NCBI GenBank assembly: GCA_965235115.1
Contig: OZ249436.1
Location: forward strand, 11,780,001 to 11,844,000
DNA length: 64,000 nucleotides
Reading direction: 5' to 3'
Source: Laetmonice hystrix
Taxonomy: Eukaryota
Shown here: positions 47,648-59,868 of the stretch, in pieces
Layout: each line of letters opens with the position of its first letter
Numbering within the stretch: position 1 is the stretch's first letter
Notes under the pieces: model-generated
Database searches by the model: none
What the model was told of the DNA's origin: nothing
The model's input: the letters and a program-made list of their open reading frames with translations, nothing else
Program-made: the position numbers and the translations under genes

Positions 47648-50600
47648 ATGGCGTCACACGATAGGGTTCCGTTCAGACAGAAAGCGTTTCTCGCCGGTTG
47701 GGTTTTCTCCCTACTCTGTGCAGCACAGACTCAGGCCCCGACTGGGAACGCTACATCTGCTGATGAAGAGCTAAAAGATCTCTATCTTCTGGGAATGTTT
47801 CCTATGCAAGGACAATGGGCCGAAGGGCCCGGCTATTCCATGGCAGTTCTCTTGGGCCTTGAAGATGTTAATACCAGACAGGACTTGCTGCCTGGTTATC
47901 GACTTAACATGATTTGGAACGACACCACGGTAAGCAGGACCTACTACAGAGATATACAACCGACCGGGCTAAAGAATCGGATCCTGGGGTGCGTTCCTCA
48001 TCATGTCGTTAGCTTGTCGTATCGTTAACTCCAATGTATTTTCAATGGGGATTTTAACGCACGACAGGATAACGATAGATGAGGAACGCACCCCAGGCTG
48101 GATTCTGTCAAGTGGGGTTGTAGGCATAATGCACACCCACCATTGATCATGCAGCCAACAAAAGCTCTTGGGCGTGCAACTTTGTGTCATAGGACGCCCT
48201 GTATGAAATGGGGGGCGGGGGGGGGCGGGGGGGGGGAGATCTACTCCGGTTCGGTCTAACCAACACATGGCTCTATAATCAGCACTGACCACCGGTAAAT
48301 TCTACAATTTCTTCTCTTTTCCAGTGCGACAGAGGCGTAGGCGTCAACTTGATGGTGAGGCTGTTGTACGAGAATCCGCGTAAACTGTTTATAATGGGCG
48401 GCGGGTGCTCTACCGTTACCCAAGCAACAGCCGAGGCTTCCCATCTCTGGAACCTTGTACAGGTAACGGTACCAACCCCGTAACCACGTGAAGGTGGCGG
48501 CGGGGGCACACTCTAACTAACCCTAACCGTTACCCAGGCCACAGCCGAGGCTTCCCATCACTGGAACCTTGTACAGGTAACGGTACCAACCCCGTAACCA
48601 CGTGAAGGTGGCGGCGGGGGCACGATCTAACTAACCCTAACCGTTACCCAGGCCACAGCCGAGGCTTCCCATCTCTGGAACCTACAGGTAACGGTACCAA
48701 CCCCGTAACCACGTGAAGGTGGCGGCGGGGGCACACACTAACTAACCCTAACCGTTACCCAGGCCACAGCCGAGGCTTCCCATCTCTGGAACCTTGTACA
48801 GGTAACGGTACCAACCCCGTAACCACGTGAAGGTGGCGGCGGGGGCACACTCTAACTAACCCTAACCGTTACCCAGGCAACAGCCGAGGCTTCCCATCTC
48901 TGGAACCTTGTACAGGTAACGGTATAACCACGAGAAGGTGGCGGCGGGGGCACACACTAACTAACCCTAACCGTTACCCAGGCCACAGCCGAGGCTTCCC
49001 ATCTCTGGAACCTTGTACAGGTAACGGTATAACCACGAGAAGGTGGCGGCGGGGGCACACACTAACTAACCCTAACCGAGGCTTCTCATCTCTGGAACCT
49101 TGTACAGGTAACGGTAGGCCTACCAACCCCGTAACCACGTGAAGGTGGCGGCGGGGGCACACACTAACTAACCCTAACCGTTACCCAGGCCACGGCCGAG
49201 GCTTCCCATAGATCTCTGGAACCTTGTGCAGGTAACGGTACCAACCCCGTATCCACGTGAAGGTGGTGGCGGGGGCACACACTAACTAACCCTAACCGTT
49301 ACCCAGGCCACAGCCGAGGCTTCCCATCTCTGAAACCTTGTACAGGTAACGGTACCAACCCCGTAACCATGCATGAGAAGGTGGCGGCGGGGGCACACAC
49401 TAACTAACCCTAACCGTTACCCAGGCCACAGCCGAGGCTTCCCATCTCTGGAACCTTGTACAGGTAACGGTACCACAACCCCGTAACCACGTGAAGGTGG
49501 CGGCGGGGGCACACACTAACTAACCCTAACCGTTACCCAGGCCACAGCCGAGGCTTCCCATCTCTGGAACCTTGTACAGGTAACGGTACCAACCCCGTAA
49601 CCACGTGAAGGTGGCGGCGGGGGCACACACTAACTAACCCTAACCGTTACCCAGGCCACAGCCGAGGCTTCCCATCTCTGAAACCTTGTACAGGTAACGG
49701 TACCAACCCCGTAACCACGTGAAGGTGGCGGCGGGGGCACACACTAACTAACCCTAACCGTTACCCAGGCAACAGCCGATCGAGGCTTCCCATCTCTGGA
49801 ACCTTGTACAGGTAACGGTACCAACCCCGTAACCACGTGAAAGTGGCGGCGGGGGCACATCCTAACTAACCCTAACCGTTACCCAGGCCACTGCCGAGGC
49901 TTCTCATCTGACTACCTTGCAGCCTACAGGTACCAACCCCGTATAACCACGTGAAGGGGGCACACCGGCAGGGCCCAGTTTTTCAAAAACTTGAGTAAAG
50001 CTTACTGAAGTAAACTAACAGCCTTCTGATTGGCTGGATGGGAATTTGTTCTATAACGAAATTGTTAGAAAGAAGGAACGATTTATGCTATAGTATAAAT
50101 GCCGGATGTGATAATGTCCGCCTCCCTTATTAACCCTTGCCCGCTTTCTCTTATTCTTGAACCAGTTTATACCTTTATTTCCTTTGTCATAGATTTGCAC
50201 AAAGTACTAAACAGAAAACGGTAAATAAAAGATCCACCATTCCTCCATCCGCGACAGCGTGCCTGAAACGTTTTCTGATCGTGTCTGATGGAAATCTCCC
50301 ACCTATTGTATACATGACATGGTAATAGATCTAATACACTGTTTTTCTAACTGCCTTAATAGGCCAATAATGTGCATTCAGAGTTACTGCACGGCATCAA
50401 TGGTTAGTGGTTTAAGCAACGCGGTAGGATAGATTGCGCATCTTTTAATAGCAAAATAAAGTCGATGTGGGTCCATTCAAAGCACAAGGCTGCATAAGTA
50501 TCACCTCGTCCTGCGTGCGTTGATGGTTGCTAATACGCAAAATATCTCCTCAAGACGTAGACCTCAATCTAAAGATCTATGCAAAGACGCTCAGTGTTTG

Positions 50601-53600
50601 AATGTATACAGAAAGTATAGGCCTACTTAGTAACTTACAAATTAACCGTGATGTATTGCCTGCACGGAAATGTTGGCTGTATACATTGTGCTCCAAGGTG
50701 TAAGTTAGGGGGAGTGCCTCCTTACTCATCCGTGACGGCTCTTTCTCCTACAGCTTTCCTACGCCAGTACGTCACCCGCACTGTCGGACCGCTTCCGGTA
50801 CAAACGCTTCTTCCGCGTTTCGCCGTCAGAAAACGTCATCAACCCTACTCGTGCTGCCCTCATGCGGCTTTTTAAATGGAAAAGGGTTGCCACAATACAT
50901 GAAGGCGTCGAGTACTATTCTAGGGTATGCCTTTCACAAAATTATTGATAAGGTAGGACCGATATAAATAGTATTTATAGGCCAGGTTCCCGCTATTCAA
51001 CTGGTATGACATTATTGATATATGCCTCCAAACGGACGGAACAAATATGAATAGATCTATTTTCGTTCAGGTCACAGAAGATGCCATACGCTATTTGAAT
51101 GAGTACAACATAACTCTCATAACATCCGAAATCTTCACTGATGACGTGTCCCTTCAAGTCAGCAATTTAAAGGTAGGCCTACGGCAACATGGTACATGTG
51201 TACATCCAATTCATGGGGAAAAAGTTTATAATGTAAATGTGCATGAGTGTGAAAATTTACTTGTCTGTATCGTGGTGCACTTCTTTGGAGCGCCTTGCCA
51301 TAAATTTAGCCGATATTATGTATCTATATGTATATGGCAGCGTCAGGACGCCCGCATCATTGTTCTGTCGGCGTACATCGACAAGATCCGGAAGGTGCTG
51401 TGCGAGGCGTACCGCCAGGGTCTGTACGGACCCCGTTATGTCTGGTTGATCCCGGAGTTTTACCCGGAGGGCTGGTGGGCGGAGTCAGACGGTGGTTGTA
51501 CTGGAGCCGAGCTGACTGCTGCCGCTGACGGACTCATCGGCACCAGGAAACTCTACCATGACCCCCGTAAACTTGTCGGCATTTCTGGCATCAACGTGGA
51601 CGACTTCTGGGAACGCCTGTGGAAGCGGATTGACTGGCACGAACCTGGTATCATCCAGGGCTATGACGCCGCTTGGGCTGCCGCTATCGCTCTGAATTTT
51701 ACCATGCAAGAACTGAAGTCAAGAGGTACTATGGCTGATAAAACTGATGGCGATGATGATGGCGATCTTATCTTCACGTTACGTTCTCAAACATTACAAT
51801 GTGTGCAGGGCTTGCAGAAATCAATGTCTTTCATGTATCAGAGGCCTTTATAGGATTCACTGAAAGAGGGTGTGTTTTTCCAACGAAACTGTTTTATCCT
51901 TGATTGCACAAATCGATGTCTTTCATGACAAGAATCCCATATGTCTTTAGAGTGTACGTTATTTTTTGTGTTATCCGTGCGTGCCTATAAAATGCCGTGT
52001 CCTTTGAAAGGGATTGAGAGAGGTCTGGAAGACTTCACGTACGGGGACGATGTAATGGGACAAATAATGTACGACAGCATGTGGAAGGTAAACTTCAAGG
52101 GTATCAAAGGTGACGTATATTTCGACCCGAAAACTGGCAGCGCCCCGGGCAGCATTCTCATCCAACAAATTCAAGGTATACGGCTGAAGATTAACAACTA
52201 TTGCATCAAAATTGTTGATATGTTGTTCTTTTTTTATGACATTATACACATTGACATCAGTGAACCCTCTGCTCTTCCTATAGATGGCATACGCGTGACA
52301 ACTGGTGTGCATTACCCAGGAGGCGATGGGCAGTTTGAATGGTATCCCGACACACCACTGAAATGGAAAGGTAAAGAGGCGTAAACTTATAATAGCTAAA
52401 ATCACAGAAAACCTTGAGGACAGAAGGGGCCTACATGATCCTCCACAGTTGTTCTTGATAAAGACTATCTCAACCTGCAATCTATCATGGCAGTAAAATC
52501 AATCTGAGTGAAGCCTACTTTCTTTCTCTATAATTCATCACTGAGGGTCTCTCGTGTGCCCCTACATGGTGTGAGTACATGACCCACGTAAACGTGGCAC
52601 GCTCAACATGAGCCGAGTTTCTTCCCTTGCCGCAGGGGGTAAGCCTCCCCCCGACTCGACGCTCATCGTCCTCAGACCCGCCTTCGTGTCCGCCACAATG
52701 TACGCTGCCATGTGCTCCGTCGCTGCCCTGGGAATGATGATAGCAATTATCTTTCTAATTTTCAATATTTACTTCAGAAAGGAAAGGTACGAATACTATA
52801 TTATATAAGCAGTTCAGCTGTAATCTCCATCTATAATTATGGAAGTGCCGAGTCATTATGTTGTGAAGTCGATAACTCTTTCTAACCACAATACCTCCTC
52901 CACCATCATTGAATAAAGAAAACTGTTTTTCCTCAATTTTGAATAGCTCCTATTTAAGTACTTAATTCCTTTCATGTTTTCTAACGTCAGATATATCAAA
53001 ATGTCGTCACCTGTCATGAATAATATAATCCTCATGGGTTGTCTGGTGACATACGCCACTGTCGCACTCCAGGAACTCGACCCATCTACAGCACTGCTCT
53101 TCTGCAAGGTACACATTTCACCCCAACTTATGTAATTGGTCTGACTGTATCGATAGGCTCCTTTGAAGTTATGCCCAACGTTCATATAGCACAGATAATA
53201 TTGTGTCAACGACTAAAAACGTGGTTATATATTACACTGAATGCTCCAGGCACGTTTATATATTACACTGAATGCTCCAGGCACGTTTATATATTACACT
53301 GAATGCTCCAGGCACGTGTATATTACACTGAATGCTCCAGGCACGTGTATATTACACTGAATGCTCCAGGAACGTTTAGATATGACACTAAATACTCCAG
53401 GCACGTTTATATATTACACTGAATGCTCCAGGCACGTTTATATTACACTGAATGCTCCAGGCACGTTCGTGGACGGTCATGACTGGTTTTTCGATGTCCT
53501 TTGGTGCATTGTTCGTGAAAACCTGGCGGGTTCATGCCATCTTCACCAATAAGACAAAAAGAGTGGTACGTATCTTGTTCTTGTCTATGCTTACCCAGAC

Positions 53601-56600
53601 TGGTATCTAGTGGGATTAATTGGGACAGGGGGATTAGTTACTACCGCATTTATTGTGGTGAAATTGTCCTTTTTGACAAGGAGGTCCTCTTTTAATTTGA
53701 TAGAAATGTGCTCCACATGTAGTAGCCCATGGCAAGTGCCATTCGGGACCTGCGGCTGCCCCTATAGCAAAATTTAGACTGCGAAAGGCCGTGTTCTAAG
53801 GTTTCTTAATCTTCAGAAATCAGATCGGACATTGTTTTTTTCTTTCACTCGGAACTATGGAGCACAGACATGTGTCATAATGTAGTCACTCCGTGTCGTG
53901 TACTTGTTCAGGTGATTGGAGATCGCCAGTTGGCCGGAATGGTGGGAGTACTTCTCGTCATTGACGTCATCGTCCTCGTCTCGCGAGAAATCGCCAACCC
54001 TTTAACAATCTCCAGAGTGAACGTTTCGTCTGAGGTATACATGATTGTATTAACAGACCACGGACATTTTGTCACTGATGTATATAGGCTAGTTCATGTA
54101 ATCACACTTTGGATAGTTCAAGTAGGCCTATAAAGCTCGGCTTATATAGGCCTAACCTGAAACATTCCCGTGATTTCTGGTATGTTTTTGATGTAAGAAT
54201 AGAGGTTGGGGGAGTTCTATTATTTATCGAGGTGACCATACCATAATTATGCCACGTAGGCCTTGAACGCTACGCTATAGGCTTATACTTGTATACAACT
54301 TGTTATACACCTCTATCCCCATTGGTCTTCCAGCTGCAGCCAGGTGGTGACATCGAAATCCAGAACCAGGTCCTCCTCTGCACGTCCTCCTACTCCACCT
54401 ACTTTCAAATCGCCGTGTACGCATACAAAGGCTTGCTTCTCGCATTTGGAGCCTTCCTGGCATGGGAAACGCGTAAGGTGTGGATTGATATTTTAATCTG
54501 TAATGATGTAGAGGTTGGGGGTGAGAGAGTTGACCAATACAATATTCCTTGCAGAGGCATGGTAACTTTAATACTCCCTGGCTCTAGCTGTGGCCTGCAC
54601 AAGGGTTCAGAAAATTGGCGCAGCTCGGGGGTTCTCGTATAATGGTTACATCTGTTGAGAAATAAGACAGAGAATAATTTTAATTTGATGTGACTCAAGG
54701 TTACAGAAATAATCCCAAACTAGCAAGAACCCGTGCGGGTCCGAAGGGGGCTAAAAGGGGTCGATCATGGAAAAATGACTCCCTGTCCCAGTCCCTTGCG
54801 TATGATCATAATGGACGGCCCCTATGAGGCTAAGCGGTATGGCTGGAGACCTGCCCTCTGCTGCTGCCCTCTACCGCCGCACCAGAGATGGTGCGGCCAG
54901 ACTGCCACCAGAGGGCGCAGGTCTTCAGCCAAGGTCAGTTGTCGTAGCCGATCAGCAACAACAATGGCGGGCAGTTCGGGCGGTTGTAGTGAAACATGTG
55001 CAAAAAATGCCCCACAGCGCCAAGGAAACAAACATTAATACACATCAAAACAAACAGGGGAATACTGTAAATATGCCTGGCGTACTTTAACTACAAAGCT
55101 TTACCCCCAAAATTACTCTTTGTGATGGGGAGAAAGTCATGTATATGACCTTCTATCCATCACAAAGAGTAATAGCCTTGAACCACTCACCACCAAGGAA
55201 AGGTCGAAGAATACGTCCCGCTATACGTCATCGTCAATGGTGCGAAATGAAAGAGAATATGACATGCTGTTCATGCTTAGTAGCTATAGCCTTTTCTTCC
55301 ATGCACTGTTTTCAAGATATATAGAATGTCAATCGGAGGATGACGTCACTATATCACTTCATATTTGTCAACAATAGTATTTACAACATTATCTTGCACA
55401 CTTTGTGCCAAAATAGTGTTATCATGGGGGTCTAAAATAAATGTGGCCGCCATGTCGCCATATTGAATCTGAACAGAAAATATATTGGTATGCAAGTTGC
55501 CCCTCATATGCTTACTTGCTGAACCAAGTTTGATGTCGTTTTCTTCAACGGTTTTGGAATTACAGGCCATTGAAAATATCCATGACCTTGATTGACCTTT
55601 CATGGAAAATGACGCCAAAGGAAAGGTCATATGTGACTTCCTATCTGACAATAATAGTAACTAGTGCGTTATCTTGCACCGTTGTCGAATATATGAGCCA
55701 ACACAGGATGGTCAAAAAACAAATATGGCCGCCATATTGCCTCTGAACTGCGAATACTTGCCATATAACATTGCCCCTTATTATGCTTTTTCTCTAGCCT
55801 ACATCAACTTTGAAAGAAATCGGGATGACGTGCATCATCCTCAGACCGTCCCTGATCATTATGTAATGTTTCATACCATTTGACCCATACGTCTGAGAAA
55901 TCGCTGTCTATGGACGTCCGGACGGCGCGACGAACTAACGAACGAACGTACGAACGGGGAGCGAATTAGAAGCCATGCCCCTTCGGGTTGAGGGCGAATA
56001 AACAATTGACTTGTGACTGTACATTTTGTCAAGGTAACCATCCCGGCACTGAATGACTCGCAGTACATCGGAATGTGCATCTATAACGTACTCATCCTCA
56101 GCATACTCGGCGTTCTGCTGGTCTTCGTTCTCAGTAACCAGGTCGTTCTCCAGTACGCCATAACCTCGGGATTTCTCATCTTTGGAACGCTAATAACTCA
56201 GCTTATCATCTTCGTGCCTAAGGTAAATAAATATAATTATGTAGAAAGAGAACTTGAACATTTTCTTAAAATATAGAGAGACCCAGATTCTTAGCTTTGC
56301 CGTGGTGAAAAACTGGACACGCGCCTGTTCGTAGAGTAAAATAGTTCTCCGTTATAAGCATGTTCTGGCAGTCTTTTTTTTGTGTGTTGAATTTCAGATT
56401 TTGAAACTAAAAGATAGTAAAGGCCAAGTGGGTGATGGGGAGGAGGGTACTGTGGACGACGGTACGCGAACTACATTTGCCACAAAGAGTACGGCCGTCG
56501 GCGCTGAGAACCACGACATTGACTGGTACATCAACAGGGTGAGGGAGCTCGAAGAGGAAGTTGAAACCCTAAAAAAGGTATCACTTCTTAGGATAACATC

Positions 56601-57027
56601 AACATTCCTTTTAAAATGTACTACTCTGCGCAAAATGTTTTCTCTAACCCTCTACACAAAATGTTTTCCCCACCCCTGTAGTCTATGTTGAGATAGATGT
56701 ATTGTACTAAGAACAGAACATGTTCTTTTTATTTAAGAACATTTTATTAATTTTTTATTTAAGAATATTGAATGGGTGTCGCACAACATAAGTTCAAAAA
56801 GGATGGAGGGGGGACTTTTTGTGGGGAGTATATATTATTTACACTAGTAACAGAAAAGTTTTCGGTGTACAGCCTGTGTAGGTGTCAGATATGGCTTAAA
56901 GTATATAAAGAGCCAGACCAAAGCTTATAAAATCATGCAAGCAGGATTACTATATACTGTCGTGTAATTTGTTGTGTTTTAAATTGTTCTTGGTTTTCCG
57001 ATCTCATTCCAGGCGGCTAAACAATGA
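47648..57027 (+). CDS. GABA-B-receptor-like class C GPCR, 784 aa, 15 exons
   Basis: Exons 47648-47929, 48325-48462, 50754-50924, 51071-51172, 51341-51725, 52011-52175, 52284-52370, 52636-52786, 52991-53108, 53461-53565, 53912-54034, 54334-54477, 56034-56222, 56398-56577, 57013-57027 (2355 nt, phase-compatible). Motifs LLGMFPM, GCSTVTQATAEASHLWNLVQLSY, GLYGPRYVW, GYDAAW, PPPD, IKMSSP, KTWRVHAIF, FLAWETRKVTIPALNDS, FVPK and a short coiled-coil tail. The last 15-nt exon is less certain. Confidence 0.92.
48412..49960 (+). repeat. 114-bp minisatellite (~13-14 copies) made from the 3' end of GPCR exon 2, its splice donor and flanking intron
   Basis: Unit ACCGTTACCCAGGCCACAGCCGAGGCTTCCCATCTCTGGAACCTTGTACAG|GTAACGGTACCAACCCCGTAACCACGTGAAGGTGGCGGCGGGGGCACACTCTAACTAACCCTA; period 114 (48412 to 48526). 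Confidence 0.96.
53225..53468 (+). repeat. 29-31-bp minisatellite (8 copies) made from the splice acceptor and first bases of GPCR exon 10
   Basis: TATATTACACTGAATGCTCCAG|GCACGTT; AG ends at 53249, 53280, 53311, 53340, 53369, 53400, 53431, 53460. Confidence 0.95.
54718..56005 (+). mobile_element. Possible non-autonomous Helentron/HINE-like interspersed repeat in GPCR intron 12
   Basis: Internal TGACCTT/AAGGTCA motifs, a GACG/AACG microsatellite-like tract (55915-55960) and a terminal stem-loop GCCC...GGGC followed by AATAAAC. Architecture recognised by eye only; the boundaries are approximate. Confidence 0.4.
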
Positions 57028-57431
57028 GAGAAGGATTTTCTATACATGTCATTGCGTTGGACAATGTCTGGTGGATCATCGATAATCTGAACGATTTCTC
57101 GAAAATGTAGCAAAATTAGTACCTGAGTTCCAGATAGGCATACCTGTAGGCCTATATTTGGTAGTCAATTGGGTAGAATTAAATTGGTACGCTTTTGTTT
57201 GGGCTTTTATTTTTTTCATTATTTTCTGTATTTCCTATACAGGCATCTTTTTAAAATCTATATCAAGGAGTGGAGAATACTCGCCATTTAACCGAATATC
57301 AAATTTCCTCTCTCCCAGATGGGACTCGATATTTCACGTCCACTCGATCGGTGGACGGTAGACTATGCGTTGATCTAGGGGACGGCAAGATGAACGGGAA
57401 GACAAAATTTGCAGATACAGTGCCCCCTGCC

Positions 57432-58686
57432 TCAATATGCCCTCTGATACATAGTTACGATTAAATCTATATTCCAAACACCTGCTAAAATAGCACTTAA
57501 CATTGGTTTGGGGCAGGACATCTACTCGGTCGACTATAGTTTGCACTTTACATCTCGCTGTGTTTAGCCATAATAATCACATATATTCTGTTGACAGGGT
57601 GCATGGCTTGTGCTTTCTTACCACAAGTCACAAAATAATAACCCGTCCAATATGAGATTAAATTCGCCTCTCTGTCAGTGTCCAACGCCACTGACATAGA
57701 TAATAAATCGAGGATTACCAATAATTGCCCCATCATTCCCATTTTGGTAATGACCTCTGCAAGTCGCGTCAACTACGAGTGGAACAATTCCCTATTGTCA
57801 TGAGCATCGGACGAACAATTAACACGAGAGTTCCATATAGAGTTAATTATATTCTCTCGAATGAACTGATGTCTGATGTGTCTTGCTGTGACACGCCGTG
57901 ATCATAGAAAAAAATGGGGGGGGGGGAATAATAACAGTGTTGGTATAGTTGCCTTAATAGAGTAGGCCTATATCGGTCCAAGCCAGGGAAAGAGTTTAGA
58001 ATCATAATAGATAATGCAACAAAACACATAACAATTTGTCCCTGTGTCCCCATACCGGGCTGCGTAGTTTTGGAACCGAACCGCTGACCTGGATGAGTGG
58101 ATTTGAGGACCGGCGCATTTCGAAGGGAGAAACACTGCTGTTGGCAAGTGACACCGAACGAACTCGCTTGCGATCTTTTTTCTCGTCATCATGGCGCGTC
58201 TTCTCATCCCCCTCGCCGTCCTCGTCATCTTCTCTCTCATACCCTTGCAAGGCAAAGGGGGTAAGTACCATTTGTTTGGCATGTTAGCAACTTATAGCAC
58301 GGCGAATCATGCGTGAGGGGGGGGGGGCAGGCGAACGTTTCTTTATACGTGACAATTAACGGCTTTTAGTCGATCCTACCCAAAATATATCTATATTTAA
58401 ACCTCTCACCGGATTCAGACCCCGAAAACAGACTTTTCCATAGTTACCAGATAGATTTATTGCAAATATGTTTTAGTTGTCAGTTGTGCAAATACCAAAT
58501 AAAGAAACGGCACCGATTCATATCTCTACGAATACATGATTACTTCTCTTTACATCTGACGACATGCAGCGCACAGTTTATGAAGTAATGCGCTCCTTCT
58601 GTAATATAGGCCGTTTTTATACCCTCAATCGAAGCAAATCGAAGATTCGTTCCTGTCCGCCATTGTTGTTTGTCGGTACTGCGCAT
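57432..58686 (-). CDS. Tentative 4-exon gene for a 139-aa protein with a charged N-terminus and two hydrophobic helices (possibly MS4A/CD20-like)
   Basis: Exons 58623-58686, 58089-58243, 57622-57772, 57432-57481, each with AG/GT and matching phases (1,0,1). Product MRSTDK...GYEREDDEDGEGDEK...RKRVRSVSL...MRRSSNPLIQLTRLAEVITKMGMMGQLLVILDLLSMSVALDTDREANLISYWTGYYFVTCGVWNIDLIVTMYQRAY. Confidence 0.35.
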
Positions 58687-59837
58687 GTGCAAATGGAACC
58701 GGAACCAGCTGATTCATGTTATCACGCGTGTCGAATGGCGATGGAGAGTTTTAAAAAGTCGGACTGAACTTACAACAAAAGGCCTGACAAGTCAAAAATC
58801 ACCTTCGGAATAGACAATTCCTTGACCAAGATCCTAGCGAACACTATACACATTAACATGGGCATTTTATTGTAAGTAGATATCGCGACAGGGGTTTGAA
58901 ATCGGCGTTGAAACCGAGCCAACCCACGCATTTGGTAAATTCTCTATGGCTTGTCCCACATCCTTAACGCGAAGTTGTTAAAGGGTGTCCACGTCTAGGG
59001 AAGACCGGACGCGCACGGAGGGCTTCACATACATGGACTCGGGAGTCCAAGACGGCCGGAGCCATGACCTCCACATGACCTCCACATGACCAACTGCCAC
59101 ACCTCCTATAAATCTTCATGTTTTGGGAAAATTCAATTCAAGGTCATTGAAGTATCAAGTCGTCTACAGATCCGCAAGGATAATTGCCGCGTGCAACTTT
59201 TAGACCATCCCGTTTGAATGGCTGAACCTGAGAGATGGCTTCATGGGGTGAGGTTTTTTTTCAGGGAATGGGACAAAGTTTTTTGAGGTAATCAATCACA
59301 CATGGTAGGTGCTGAAACCCAAAAGAAAATTTAAAAAAAGAGAAAAACTTGAATAAGTTGTAGGCTAACCTTTTCCGTCTCGAAGTGAGTTTGAATGTCT
59401 ACTCCTGCGTCGTGGCAGATAAGCCGATGAATACTATTAGGCCTACTCAATACTCAAACATAAAGAAGTAGGCCACTACCAAGCAGACTATACTAGTATT
59501 GACGAACCTGTGACAGAATGTGGTTCTTCTGGACATTCGATGCCACTATAACTGAGTTCTCTCCAATGTCAACAAAAGGCGAAAGGCATTTAGGTCGACG
59601 GCACTGAGACAGGCAGCGAAGGTAATCAGGCGAGAAACGTCCTTTCGGGTTACGCCCTCTACTACGGAGCATGCTCAGAAACATACATTTTATATTTGTC
59701 CGTTCCTACGCATACCCAGTCATAATAGGCAGGCAGTGTTACAGTAGGGAACAGAAAATATCGTGATGGGCCAATATTGCTTTTGCCCTGTTGAAGACCA
59801 TTCCTTGAGCCGTAAGGCCCTTACTCATACAAAATAT

Positions 59838-59868
59838 AGTGTGTGTGTGTGTGTGTGTGGGGGGGGGG
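59838..59868. repeat. (GT)n microsatellite followed by a poly-G run
   Basis: Direct reading. Confidence 0.9.

Noticed and set aside
58089-58243. Idea that this exon is a distal alternative GLUT N-terminal exon, with FASTKD5 and the GPCR nested in the intron
   Set aside because: It is phase-compatible, but a nearer in-phase exon (57622-57772) explains it more simply. Kept only as an alternative.
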